From: Chlorokybus atmophyticus
Taxonomy: Eukaryota; Plantae; Mesostigma and Chlorokybus algae
DNA: 64,000 nucleotides
Assembly: GCA_009103225.1 (NCBI GenBank)
Contig: RHPI01002069.1
Span: forward strand, 134,739 to 198,738
Direction of reading: 5' to 3'
Position 1 is the stretch's first letter, and each line of letters begins with the position of its first letter. This document shows positions 51,147 through 63,854 of this stretch, piece after piece. Position numbers and translations under genes: made by a program. The notes beneath the pieces are model-generated. The model ran no database searches, was not told where the DNA came from, and saw nothing but the letters and a program-made list of their open reading frames with translations.

Positions 51147-53655
51147 ATGGCCGGGCCATACCAGAAGTTGCCTGGAACGGAGGTAGGTGGGCCGCCGCCG
51201 CGAGGAGGAGGAGGAGGAGGAGGAGGTTTAGGAGGAGGTGGATTGGGTGGAGGAGTCACCTCAGCGCAGCTGCTCGGGAGGTTTGCTGACGGCACCATCA
51301 AGTCATCCGTATCGTCCTGGTCCTCACTGTTATCGCTCGACAACGGGGGCGGGCTGCGCGAGCCGCCCGACAACGACGACGACGCTGGCTCGGACGAGCC
51401 GCTTCTTAGCCCTGTTGGTACGTGCCAGAACGCAAGGCTGCATTGGTTCATGTTGAAAAACATCAACTGTGGAAGAGCACATTGGAATCAAGCGCCGTGA
51501 TGTATGCCGTGTGCATTGGCTTTGCAGCATCTCTGTATAACGTGGAAGTTTGTGTATGAAGTTTTGGGCTAGCTTCTAAAGGCATGGTAATGCTACAAAG
51601 CAACCAGCTGTTTCTACTGCAATTGATTACATATGTTGAGGACTGGGCTGACTACAACAAGTCGGCTACAGCTGTCAGTAGCGCTTCATCACCCTTATGC
51701 AGGGCATGTTGACTGACCTTTACAGGCACAGTGTTTGACAGCGTTTCAGGTCAATGGCGTGTAGCACTTGTGCATGCAGGGCTCCATGCAGGGCTCCATG
51801 TTTAAGCGCTCACATGCAGGACTTATTACCAATTGATTAACGCATTGCCAATCCTGTGTAACGCACTGGCACCATTAACCTGCTGTGCTTGGTTTACCCA
51901 TGTATGTCTGTTTGCCCAGCTCTGTCAGACGACGGACATGTGCGCCCTGGAGCTGCGCTGGTGCGATCAGTGTCGGGGCATGCCAGAACTGTCGACCTTT
52001 GTGTGGCTTATGAGAATGGGCGGCGAGCAGCTAATGTGCCGTATGACACCATACGAAAATGGGCTGTTGGTGGCGACAAGTTTGTTTGGATAGGTATGTC
52101 ATGATATAGTATGCAAACTACGCTACACCATGTATTTTGCAGCCGTAGTAATCTACGGCCTGGTACATGCAGCCTTGTGAAGATGGTCGACAGCATATGT
52201 CATGCGCATGCCGACCATGTTCGTGCACGTTGGTTGCTTTGCAGGCATGCATGATCCAGATCTTGCCTTGTTGCATCGCATTGCAAAGATATTCAAGCTG
52301 CATGAGCTGTTGGTTGAGGACGCTCTGGAAAGGGATCCACGACCCAAGCTTGAACGATACGATGACAGGTGTTGTGACTAGTGACAAAAGCCTCAGTCAC
52401 AGTTGAGTAGTAGTAGCAAGTAAATCAGCTACGCTGCGCAGTTACTTTATCACTGTGCGAACTGCTGCATATGGTGAAAGCGGGCGAGTGGAGTTTGGCG
52501 ATATTGATATAGTTGTCGAGGAAGGAGCGATTATCTCCATCAGCCAGCATCCTATGCATCCATTCTTTGACGTCCAGGTATACACCTTCGTAGCATTTTA
52601 CTGTCGCATCTGTTGATCGGCACTGTGGAAAATGGCCAATTGTTGCACGCACTGGTGTTTTCATGTGCTTCCACCAATTTGTTTACAACTCCGTTGACAG
52701 GTGCGAGCAGAACGCCGGCCGTACTTGTTGAAGATGGGAGTGGCCTCCATTCTATATTGGATTCTTTACTGGGTAATCGAGACGTATGTCGCTTTGATAC
52801 GCCGCATGCGCACCGAGCGTGACGAGCTTGAGAACAGGGTGTTCGAGGATCAGGATGTCATTCGCTCTGACATTCAACGGCTGTACAAGCTGCGAGCTGG
52901 TACGCACATGGCATTGTTGCTGCATTGATGGTGATCAGATGTGCTAACAGCAATCTTGTGCGCCGCAGATTGCATTAATGTTAGGAGAGCTGTTCGACCA
53001 CTGGTAGAGATATGTGCACGTCTTGTCTCTGGGGAGGTATGTGCATATCAATGCGCTGTAATGGCGTTAGGCATGTGCTCTAACTGCAGCACATGGGTTT
53101 AGATGATGTCCGCTACGCAAATAATGTTGCAAGATTGGGGGTCGTGCACATGCATGGCACATATGGTATGGCATACTAGCCCAGCATTAGCGACTGGTTA
53201 CATGGCATACTCATGCGACTGGTGTTGAACGCGTAGCTACTTGGTCTACTGGTCTGGTTACAGGGCGCAGTTGCCTGGCGTACCAAATATTGAGCTGACA
53301 TGTCTTGTCTTTGCAGGCCAAGATCATAGTGGAGGGGCTAGCCCCATACTTTAGGAACCTATACTACAACGCATCGCAGCTTAAGGACGAGATAGATGTG
53401 CTGATAGAGACCCTCTCGTTTGCCTTTGATGCTGGGGCGCTGCTGTCGGATGCGACGCAGCAAACCATCCAGAAGAAGCTTGCTGCCTGGGGAGCCATCT
53501 TGGTCCTGCCGACCATGATCGCCGGCATCTATGGGATGAACTTTGACTACATGCCAGAGCTGCAGTGGAAATATGGCTATCTCTTCTACTGGGGTGTCAC
53601 GGCTACCATATGTACCATACTGGCCTGGTTTTTCAAGCAAGCGAACTGGTTGTAG
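51147..53655 (+). CDS. corA: Bacterial-type CorA Mg2+/Co2+ transporter with a Gly/Ser-rich N-terminal extension (7 exons)
   Basis: FVWIGMHDPD..LHELLVEDAL..RPKLERYDD; KKLAAWGAILVLPTMIAGIYGMNFDYMPELQWKYGY (GMN signature). Confidence 0.92.
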
Positions 53656-54014
53656 CACATTGTGTGCAGTTGATATAGCAGTGCTGCGGATGTGCCATCT
53701 ATACCGCCGCCCGCGTTGCTAGAAGTTGAGCTGTCAAGTTGTGCTGCCGCTGCAGCTGTGACACTGTGTTGGGCTGCTAACATCAACCATTTATGTTTCC
53801 TGGCTTAGCGATCTCTGCGCAACAGGCTGAGTACTAGGGCAAGTCTGTCTGTAAGCAAAGCACTGGCTGGTTGTTGAGATCTGCAATCCAATCATTCTGT
53901 TGTGCACAGCTTTGTGGTTGTATTGCAAACATCAAAGAGAGAAGAGGTAAGTGCGTGTTATGCACAGGACATGGCGGCTGTTTTGGTTCCTGCACGCATT
54001 GCTTCTGGCATGGC

Positions 54015-56092
54015 CTTGTTCACATTGCTCTGCGAAAGGACCCCATGGTTGAAACTGCAGGTGTTAGGCCCATCGCCTTGGGTGAGGTGATGCAGTGCTA
54101 GATGGCGCGCGCCTTGTTTGCATTGGACCACACATAGATGGCGAGATTCTTTGAGCCTCTTAAGTATGCTGTGGCAACAAAGTCTGGAGCTGAGATCATG
54201 GCACACGGTGTACAGCCGTCATACTGAGGTGGTGGCCATTGCTTCTGCGACATGTACCGGACATGGTGACCCATTATCTGGCTTTCTCTATGCGTTAGTG
54301 CACACCCGGGCTGTGTCTCGTGCTATTGTGCACCACCCATCGGGCATGACTCCCACCTTCGTGGGCGATCTGATCCTTTTGGGGCCATCTGCTGCTATCA
54401 TCGCGGCACGCGAGGATGCAGACTGCCCTGCTCAAGTGTGTGACGTATGTTGGCAGCTCTTCGGGGGCGTTGGGGGCTTTGCAGCTACCGCCTCGGATGC
54501 TACGGGCTGCAGAGGGGTCGTGACATTGGGGGTTCCAATTGACTCTGCTGCTTTCATGTCTGCCTTTTATGAGAGCAGGCTACCATGCAGTTGCTTCCTT
54601 TGCTGCAAGCGCTTACGGACACACAGATGGCCATGCCGTTGTTGTCGAGGTGTTTGGCGGCAAGAGCATCGTACTTGATGCGTACAGTAGCCCCGTCCGC
54701 AACTCTTCCGAGCGCAGTCAAGTGCCTTTGACACAGCAATTGAGCCGACGAATTAAGCACGCTTTTTGTGACGTCGACCTTCTCAACTTGGAGGGGTTGA
54801 CAGTTCGGACGTCGCGCGGGTGCGCATGCAGTTGTCGTTGCCAATGTTGATGAGGGAGGTGTGGGGCTGCGGCAGACGGCCCTTGTTGCGCCAGCCGCCT
54901 TCTTAGGTGGGTGGGCTGTAGCTGTAGCAGTACTATGACGCCGCTGCGCTCCCGTGGCTGGCTCAGTTCCCTTCATCGACGCCATTGCTACCGTGGCGTC
55001 CGGCACTTTATGCTTTCAATTCGACATCCGTCCAGCCCTGGCCTTGCTTCTCGACTCCGTGCAGCACACCGCCGTTCTGGGCAGTGGCACACGTGCAGTC
55101 GCGGTCTCTTTAGCATGACAGAGGCGTTGGATGGCCTTACTCTGACATCTTTAATGACTGGGCAGCAGCACACGATGTTGCACCTCTTCAATCGGCATTG
55201 GGGTTGGGAGCAGGTGCGTGGCTGCTGGCGTTGCCGTTGTATCCTGCATTGCGCTTGTCCAGTCCTGTCTTCCGTACGGCGGTGCGCTTGTTGCTGGGCC
55301 TATATCACCCTATGATAGCACATGTACGGCACTCCGCCTGTGGTACGGCATTGCCGGATGGACGGGGCATACACCTGCTGCGTTGCTCTTCTGCGCCGCA
55401 GCGCAACGCCACGTATGATGCCCTGTGTGACGAGGTGTATCATGTTCTACGGGAGGCGGGGTACTTGGTCAGCAGGGAGCCCTCTGATTTCAAGCCAATC
55501 CTGCCCGGGGTGTTGCAGGGTCGTCGATTGGACTTGGTGGCTTCGGAGCCGGGCCACGATCAACGCCTACTACTGGACACCACTGTTACCACATGCAGCG
55601 CTCAGCCGGGAGGAGGAGCGCGCGCAGCGGAGTTGGCGAAGTGTCGGAAGTACAGTGACCACGCACAAAGAAACAAGTTCATTCCTTCAACAGCGGAGAC
55701 GTTTGGCACCCTGGGAGTTTCTTTCCATGAGCTGATTACAGACTTGACGCGCCGTGTAGTCCAGCCCCGGGGGGTGCATACGACACGTATGTCCGGGTTC
55801 ATGTCCATGTATCTGCAGCGGATTGCTTGTGCACTTCAGCGGGCTCAGGGCGTGGCTCTATTAGAGAGCGACGATGGCCGCGTGTGTAGCTCCGGGTAGG
55901 CCGCCACCGCGACCTGCTCCTATAACTACCATGTCAGACGTGGCAGTGCTCTTGGCGCAAGGCCTACGCAGCTGGCGCGCGCTGGCGTGCATGGTTGTGT
56001 TGTAATGTGCCTTCGCGTTGTGATTCTCTCGGACTTACGTTGTTGGGTTAGCGTTATGGCTTTGGCATTGAGACCTTGCGGCCGCTTGACAC

Positions 56093-56095
<3 letters not shown>
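54015..56095 (+). mobile_element. 5'-truncated, inactivated CRE-type non-LTR retrotransposon (RT + CCHC + restriction-like endonuclease)
   Basis: GVRPIALGEV (54060-54089) followed by stops; degenerate RT motifs HGDPL and FVGDL; GVVTLGVPI; CACG..GIHLLRC; RRLDLV..LLLDTTV..AELAKCRKY..FIP..ETFGTLG. Contains frameshifts. Confidence 0.85.
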
Positions 56096-56184
<89 letters not shown>

Positions 56185-56185
56185 N

Positions 56186-56264
<79 letters not shown>
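56096..56264. repeat. (GA)n microsatellite, about 84 units
   Basis: Directly visible; contains one N. Confidence 0.99.
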
Positions 56265-56267
<3 letters not shown>

Positions 56268-56857
56268 ACGCACTACTGTGCGTTGATTGCATACTAGCTT
56301 CTGAGCTATGATGATGCACACATTGATGCATTTGTTGTGACTCCAGCAGCACTAACTGCCTGTACATGTGCAGCAAATGCACAGGTTTGGGGTGGTGCTG
56401 CCATGCCTAGCCTATGGACACTGCACATGCACACACTGCACGGGTGTGGCGGCCCCGTAGAAATCAGTTCACTTGCCAAGCGCATGTCACACTGATTTGC
56501 TACACATCAACCTGAATGCCACATTTTCTTGCGCACACCATGGCATGACCCTAATCAGGTGACATCACTACAGACTACAATACAGGACTACTTCAGGTTG
56601 GATGACACGGCAACAGCCACTACACAGGCCATGCGCTTACTTGCCTGCCTCTCAACCAGGCAGCACATGTCCGTCACTGCTGTTATTTGCCATGCAAGAT
56701 GCAACTCTGCTTGCATGACAATGAACGCACTGCTGGGGAAACAACTGGAAACTCCAGACTGTAACTGCACAGAGGGAACAACACATCTACCTATACAAAT
56801 GAAGGCGCCCTGACTGTCGGGGCAGCAAGCAACTAGCCCTATGCCACTTCTGCGCTT

Positions 56858-59800
56858 CTATGTGTGTTTCCTTTCCCAGATGGCATAGTGCGTCCCGTGC
56901 GCCGCTAAGGTAAATTCCTGGTCTGATGGTTCCAATTCGTGCAACTCGTACCGCGGACCCAGCTTGACTCTCAGCAGGTCATCAGCAATGCTGGCCATGT
57001 AGATGTCGTCCTCGCAAGCCAGTATGTTTACAGTTGCGTCAGCGCAGATGCCATTTCTCCTGTGAAACCCAGCAATTTCAGGGGACTATCAGCGTCAGAC
57101 TGTGGCTCATCGCCAAAACCAACACAATTGGCATCTGTCTTGGACAGGGCCTGTTGTTGCTGAGTTCAAACAGCTAAACCAAGTGATTGTGTAACAGCAG
57201 CTTCACATCATGGTACAGCTCAGCCTGGCAGCCTCCACATGCCATGTAGTGCTCTCACCTTCGAATGTCGATCAGAAGCTTGATGCTGTCGATCAAGGGT
57301 CTGGTATCAGGCCACCCGCACCCTGCCATAATGTTGTGCGGCTGCCCGGGATCAGGCCCAAGAAAGTGCTGGCAGAACACCGTTGGCACTCCAGGGTGCG
57401 TGAAGATGTAAGCATACCCAACCAGCTCCTTGCCCGCAGGAAAGGCCCAATGTCCCTGTGTATGTGTGCATGAGTCAGGTTGCCTTCAACCCTAGGCTAC
57501 CATCGTGCTTGAACCAGAACATGCACCGTGCAGACAAATGCACCGTAAGAGGTGTCCAAGCATAAAGGCCAAGCATCATGGCAGGAGTCTTGGGCTCACA
57601 GCTCGAGTCCTTGAACACACCTGTCCATAACCTCCACAGGTATGGCCAGTGTCGTGATTGTCCAAGAAAGTTGTCGCCATGCCAGGACGAATGCCGACTA
57701 GCCCAAAAGGCCGCCGGTTTAGGTCCACCAACCGCGAGTACTGTCCCTTCTCTACCGCTTCTTGCAACACAGCCTTCAATGTAAAGTCGAATGCTGTGAC
57801 ATACGAGCCGGCGGCCTTCACCCACTCTGCTAACATCTGCCTGTTGTCGTTCTGATCATACACGAGACGGCCCTTGTCATCGTACTTGCAGTCCTTCCAC
57901 AGCTCGCCAATATGGTAAGCAGAGGTCAACTGCGAGTTCTCAACTGCAGACACAATCAAGCAGTTGGCAGCGCAAGGAAGCGCAAGTCATGCTGGCTGCT
58001 ATGCGCTTGACATATTCTCACCAGCGATCCCACAGTCACACAACGCATACAATAGCACAACGAGCAGAAACCAGCTGTCATGAGTTGTGACATACCATAC
58101 TCCTTGATGAAGTCCGCCCCAAAGCCCTTGACATAATCGAATCGCCAACCCTCAAAACCAATCTCCTCCTTCAGCCAGTTCAGAAACTTGGCAATGTAGT
58201 TTCTTAGGGCAGCATTGGCATGATCAAGATCAGGTGCTCCTCCAAAGCGTTCACCTGTGTCTGGATTGCCGGTACCTGTTGATGGACCAGCATCAATAAT
58301 CCACCTGACAGACCACCTTCTTATACCAATACATCAGCAACATATGGCGATACGCTTACCGCAGTACTCAGCGTCATCGCAAACAACAGCCCATGCTCCC
58401 CAGTCCTCAGCAACATTGGGTCCCAAGGCCTGCTTGCCGCACTCATTTGAGTACTGATTCCAAATGCCGTTCTCTGTGCCAGAAAAAAAAGAACTTCAAG
58501 TCCTTCATTTGTCAATTGCAGACATCATCCGGCCATGTCTGATCAGTCAAGAACTTCAATCACGTACCGTCCTGTCTGTCCCCGCATCTATGATTCAGAA
58601 CCAGATCAGCCAGCGGTGTGATGCCTGCTTCCTTCAGCTTGCGAATAAGATGCTTCAGCTCATCCTGGGAGCCATATGCAGTATTCAAGTCAAACCAGGC
58701 CTGAGGCATGTACCCCTGCGGTGCGACCGACTTGCTGGGAGGTGGCAACCTGGACATGTTGATGTCTGTAAGAATGTAAGAAGCTTTCACGACAAGTTGC
58801 CCTAAGCTATGCCTTATAAATGCATTAACAACTCAGTACAAGCACGGCTATAGCCCTTGCAGCGAACCAATGCGATAATAGCTGGATTGTGACATGGCGT
58901 AAGCGCAACCTTTCAGAAGCAAATGTGTTCTACAAAAACAGCGCACACCAAGACATACGGCCTGGAATCGTGTGAACATCGTCGTGGCATTACAGTGACA
59001 TGCAAGACAGTGCCTCTGCAGCATGTTATTTGAAATTGGTATGGTGCACGCTACGACTGCTTACCATATGTGCGTGATGCCGGCTGATGCCAGATCAGGT
59101 ATGCGACTCAAAAGATATGAATACCAACTTTGACCAGTGCTGGCTTGCAAAGCATGACTGTTCCAATGAAAGCCTTGCAGCAACACAGTGAACTGTGAGA
59201 CGTGACGGGGCCGACTCTGTTCCTGCACAATCGAGTCACCAAGGCAATGAGCACACAGGTTGCAATGAGAGCATCACACAGGTGTGCGCAATGCATGACC
59301 GCACTTACCGGATGAACCTCACGGGGCATCTCAAGTTGCGCTGCGTGCTCCAGTAAAGATGTAGGGTTGCTATCTGCTTGACATTCGCTTTCCACGGCGA
59401 TCAACTCATCAATGAAAGTTTGTCGAACACTGCGCTTGGGTAGCAGCGTCTCTGGCTCCTCCAACTCTGGCTCGATGTCAATGTACTCCAGGCTCTGTTC
59501 AACCAGGTCAATAGCACCGGTTTTGACCAGCTGCTCAGACGCTCCTGTTTCCTCAGTTGCTGGGTTGCTTGCCACCATGCAAACTCCAACACGGCTGTTG
59601 GGGCTTTGCGACTTTAATTGAAACTCGTCAGGGACGGTCTGTTTGCCTGGCTGCATTCATAGCACCGGACGTCAATACCATGGGATGAAACTAGTCAAGC
59701 TACATGGAAGCCAATCTCGAACACAATTAGCACCAGCTGGCTAGGACCAATACCGTGTCACCTCCTCAGTCGCTGTGCGGTTCAAACTTAATATAGCATG

Positions 59801-60563
59801 GTAACTGTGAGTACAGTATGGCGTTGTCACGAGAAGGCATCTGAACACCAAGATAACCACCGGTGCTGAACAACACCAAAGTCCCCAGTGCCACACACTG
59901 GGGTGAGGGGGTAGGGGGGATGGCAACCAATTGCCGGAAAATGCCTCAGGCGCTCATTGTCTCAAGTATCAAGTTACCATGCAGATCTTGCAAACACAAC
60001 GTTGCCATGCTACTTGTTGCTGACTACCCACTGGAACCATCCCAGCGACAGTGTGTACACTCCAATGAATCGAATCCTCATGCAATGTACGTGTCTAAGT
60101 ACTGGCCTTCGATTTGCTACAAGCACTGGCCAATTACGTCACAATGTACTCGACTACCATGGACACGCCTTATGGCGGTTTTATTGATGGTGATGACAAT
60201 CCTTGCTTTGCTTATGCTGTATGACGGAATGCGCTCGCAACCAATGACTCACAATGCCGCATGCAATGCCGGAAAGATCTGCTGGCTGCCAATGCTTCAC
60301 CCAAGCGACACAGCCGCCGGCAGTTAAACTCAGCACCAGCACGAGAGCCTTCGCCAGCATGCTGAAACCGCGCCTGCGTTCTGCAGCGCTCTCACCTGGT
60401 GGGGACGCCTTGCCGCAGCAGACGTCGCTCGGCCAGAGCCTGACGACGATGCCGCCGCAGACGTCGACGCCGACGTGCTGTGCAGCAATGCCGCCGGGGG
60501 AGGCGGCAACACACGTGGCAGCCGCACGCTGGAGAAGTGGCTTGTCCCCATGCCAGCTGGCAT
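56858..60563 (-). CDS. AMY: Plant-type alpha-amylase (GH13) with a predicted plastid transit peptide (about 8 exons)
   Basis: LLQGFHW; WLPPPSKSVAPQGYMP; DLVLNHRC; GAPDLDH; GWRFDYVKG; IGELW; TFLDNHDTG; GYAYIFTHPGVP; YAIWE. Confidence 0.95.
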
Positions 60564-61379
60564 ACGTTCCCGCCCACGCTTGATTGCAACTTGCAAGTCC
60601 TGCGCCTTCCGGGTTTGGCAGCTGGCTCAGGAGGAATCAACGAGCCCAGCTGCCAGCGACGAAGCTTCCGGATTCAGAAGTTCCGAACCGTCGGAATGTC
60701 GAGTCCAAATCATGAAATGAGTTGGCCCAAATGCAATGCCGCTGACCGTACTTGCTCCTCCTATTGCTCCCCCCCCCCGCCTCCCTCCACGTACCACCAC
60801 CACCAAATTTGAGGGCATCTAAGTCGTTTCACAGGCAATGTTTTCCTCAACATTATCATTTTTAGCTATGACCCCACCACCACCACCACCACCATCCTTC
60901 TTTTTAAAACAAGCAGTGAAGGTGCGGGGGGCTGATTAACGGGGGGGCTACATTAATAGCCAAACCGACAACACCACCATACAGCTTAGATTAGGCATGA
61001 AGTGATTTTTGTCATGAGAACATGTATATCAATCTCAAACCATTTTTGTGTGAGCGGCCATTATTAGTTCTAATTAGAGTAAGATATTTTAATTGCATTA
61101 ACATACGATTATGATCTCCAAAACAATTGCATCCAACATGCAAAGATTATAATTATTACATCATATACCATAAGCGGAATATCAATTTACACTCACATGG
61201 ATGTGCAATATGTATGTTGTATGTTGTTCATGTTATAACAATAATATATCATCAGAAATATTATATGCGCTTGCATAATTTTGCGTTAATTATCAGTCTC
61301 TACCGTAATACTAATTCATATAAGTTGTTGCCTATAATATTGTACATGCATGTCACATGTCACAACTGCGGCGGCACGA

Positions 61380-61382
<3 letters not shown>

Positions 61383-61428
<46 letters not shown>
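61383..61428. repeat. (GA)n microsatellite, left flank of the TRIM
   Basis: Directly visible. Confidence 0.98.
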
Positions 61429-61431
<3 letters not shown>

Positions 61432-61902
61432 ACAATTGGGGCCCGACCACTAGGCTATGGTAGTAAAAGACACTACCATGAGTGAGGTCTGTCACAATTT
61501 ATTCCAATTCGTGACATTCCTCCCCAATTTAACCCATGAGTTCCTCATACTTCAATGAGGCACTAGCCCACGTCGCCGTGTTTGCGGCCATACCACGATC
61601 GGTCTGCCCGCGGCCTGTTGGATCTGGCCCACGAACGGTCCTGACCGACCAAACGGCCATCCTCACCATGCGACCTGCCATCGCAGCGCAACCGCTTACG
61701 CGGCCTTAGGTTGAACTGGCTCCGCGCGCAGGTCGTGATCCCGCGTCCAGCCTTGGGCAAGCCGCCCCAAATGTTTTTAGTTTTGCCTTGAATCTGCCTC
61801 AGTCCCCTACGGAAATTGAACCTGAGACGTCAAGCTCCGATACCATTGTAACAAATGGGACCCGATCACTAGGCTATGGTAGTAAAAGACACTACCATAA
61901 GT

Positions 61903-61906
<4 letters not shown>
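61429..61906 (-). mobile_element. TRIM (terminal-repeat retrotransposon in miniature), about 480 bp
   Basis: On the minus strand: partial 5' LTR (61906-61847) ending TGTTACA, PBS TGGTATCGGAGC (tRNA-iMet type), a short non-coding core, PPT TTGGGGAGGAA, then 3' LTR TGTCAC... (61516-61429). The LTRs are 55/59 identical over the shared part. Confidence 0.85.

Positions 61907-61950
<44 letters not shown>
61907..61950. repeat. (GA)n microsatellite, right flank of the TRIM
   Basis: Directly visible. Confidence 0.98.
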
Positions 61951-61956
<6 letters not shown>

Positions 61957-62764
61957 TTAAGAAAAAGGGGTTCAATGTAATGGAATTGTTTGCTTCACAG
62001 TGTAGCATTCATGCGACTTTTACAGGCCAACCGCTCCGTCTCCCATCCACCCACCCACTCTTGCATGTAGTTGAGTATAAGCAACTCTCAAGGCGTCGCT
62101 CAGCAGATGGTTGTGTTCAATATGTGTTTGGTTGTCACATTCAAGCCTAGCCTGGACATAAAGATGTTGTTGGACGTGACCGTTATAGCGTGTGAAGAGC
62201 GGGCATGGTGGTGCCAGAGCTTTGCAGGCCGCGGAGGCAGTCAAGCGCCACAAGTACCATAGTTACCCCGCTTAAAGACACACGGCATGCTTCGGGAGGA
62301 TTTTTAACACGTCATACACCTGTGCGCGCCCCACATAACGATACGAGGGGCAGAGCAGCACTGCTCTGCCCGTTAGCGGCACCTTAAGGGATTCGTGCGC
62401 TTCTGCCATAAGCGTGCACTGCAGGGCAGGCCATGACGTTTTAAGGCACCGGAGAAACGGCAGTGCCGGATGGACACCGCTGGCGCAAAAGCCCGCGACT
62501 ACTGAAGTGGACGCATCATTTACGTAAGTATATACAACATGTATACAGCTGAACATGCGTGTGTGTAGCGCGCTATGCTGCTTTACCGCTTACCGTATTT
62601 ACCCCAACACAGTCCCCCCCTTTTTATACAGTCCCCCCCTCGATTTTGCTGAGGGGGACTGTGTACGGGGGGGGACTGTGTTACATTAGGGGGGACTGTG
62701 TTGTGTAGCTGGGCGCAGCACAGTCCCCGCCCAAGATACGTCATCCAACCTTCAAGTTACGCCC

Positions 62765-63675
62765 ATGGTCGTAATTAGGGTTTTCTGGCGCCGAAACAGC
62801 GGCGTTAGGGTTGTTGAGCTGGTTGCCGAGGTTGTTGAGGTGGGGCGGCGGTGCACATGGTGGGGGCGAGAGCTGCAAGGCATGCAGCGCGCAACCGTGG
62901 AAAGAGAAGCTGCTGCTGCCGGGGAGGCTGCCAAGATAGCTGCAGAGGCGGCAGCCAAGGCACGTGAGGCCGCCGCCAGGCTTGCGACAGAGGCGGCAGC
63001 AGAGCAGCTGGACGCCGGTGGTGAGCGGCCCACCGGCGTCCAGAAGCGCGTCAATGCTGCCCGCACCAACAACGGGCGCAATAGGAGGTACAAGCGGCGA
63101 GCATTCACATGCCACCAAAAGGTATGTTTATGCAATGTGCTTTGTGTATTGGTAATAATGCATGCTGGTACTGCTCAGCACAATCAGCGTGTGCGTATGC
63201 AAGTTTGCTTAGCAGTGTTGTGTGCTGTGTGTACTTGTGACAATGCATGCTATCACTGCTCAGCACAATAAGGGTGTGCATTTGCACGTGTACTTAGCTG
63301 TGCTGCGTGCTGTGACAATGCATGCATGCTCACACACTTGCATGCACGTGACGCATGTGTATGCGTGCATGCACTGTTGCTGCGTGCTATGTGTCTGGCT
63401 GGCGTGACTAACAAAGTGTTACATGGCAGCGCAAGTTCATTGACATTGCCAAGCATCTTGGCATTAAAAGAACCGAGCGCAAGCACGGCATCCACGCCAA
63501 GAGCTTGCGGAACTGGCTTAAGCAAGAGCTAGAGATCAAGTCTGCATGTGCAAGTGACTGTAGGCTAAAGGGTGGCGGGAGGACACTCTCAATTCCAGAG
63601 CTTGACACTCTTGTGTGCAACTACATTGTTGATAAGAGGTTGCGTGGGTTGGGAGTGACACAAGGCATGATCAGG
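62765..63675 (+). CDS. pogo-like transposase, N-terminal DNA-binding part (partial; continues beyond the window)
   Basis: Exon 1 ends RRAFTCHQK at 63121. Intron 63122-63429 has a CTAAC branch site. Exon 2 reads RKFIDIAKHLG..AKSLRNWLKQ (CENP-B/psq-type HTH) and GGGRT..PELDTLVCNYIVDKRLRGLGVTQGMIR (Tc5-type HTH). Confidence 0.82.
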
Positions 63676-63854
63676 GTATGTTTATGCATGTGGTACACTT
63701 GTGTTTGCATCAAGGGCTGCACGCACTTGCACGCACACACGCACGCGCACAGCTGCACCACTCTAGCATGCACACGCACACGGAGCTGAACCATGCACGC
63801 ACGCACACGCACACGCACTCCCGCACGCACACGCACGCGCACACGCACACACAT

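Noticed and set aside
52425-52664. Plausible-looking 79-aa minus-strand ORF
   Set aside because: It is the antisense shadow of a CorA exon.
55926-56382. (SL)n and (RE)n ORFs
   Set aside because: Translations of the (GA)n microsatellite.
42488-60563. Carbohydrate gene cluster (RGP, aldolase, amylase)
   Set aside because: The genes act in different compartments and pathways and are interspersed with unrelated genes; there is no evidence of co-regulation.
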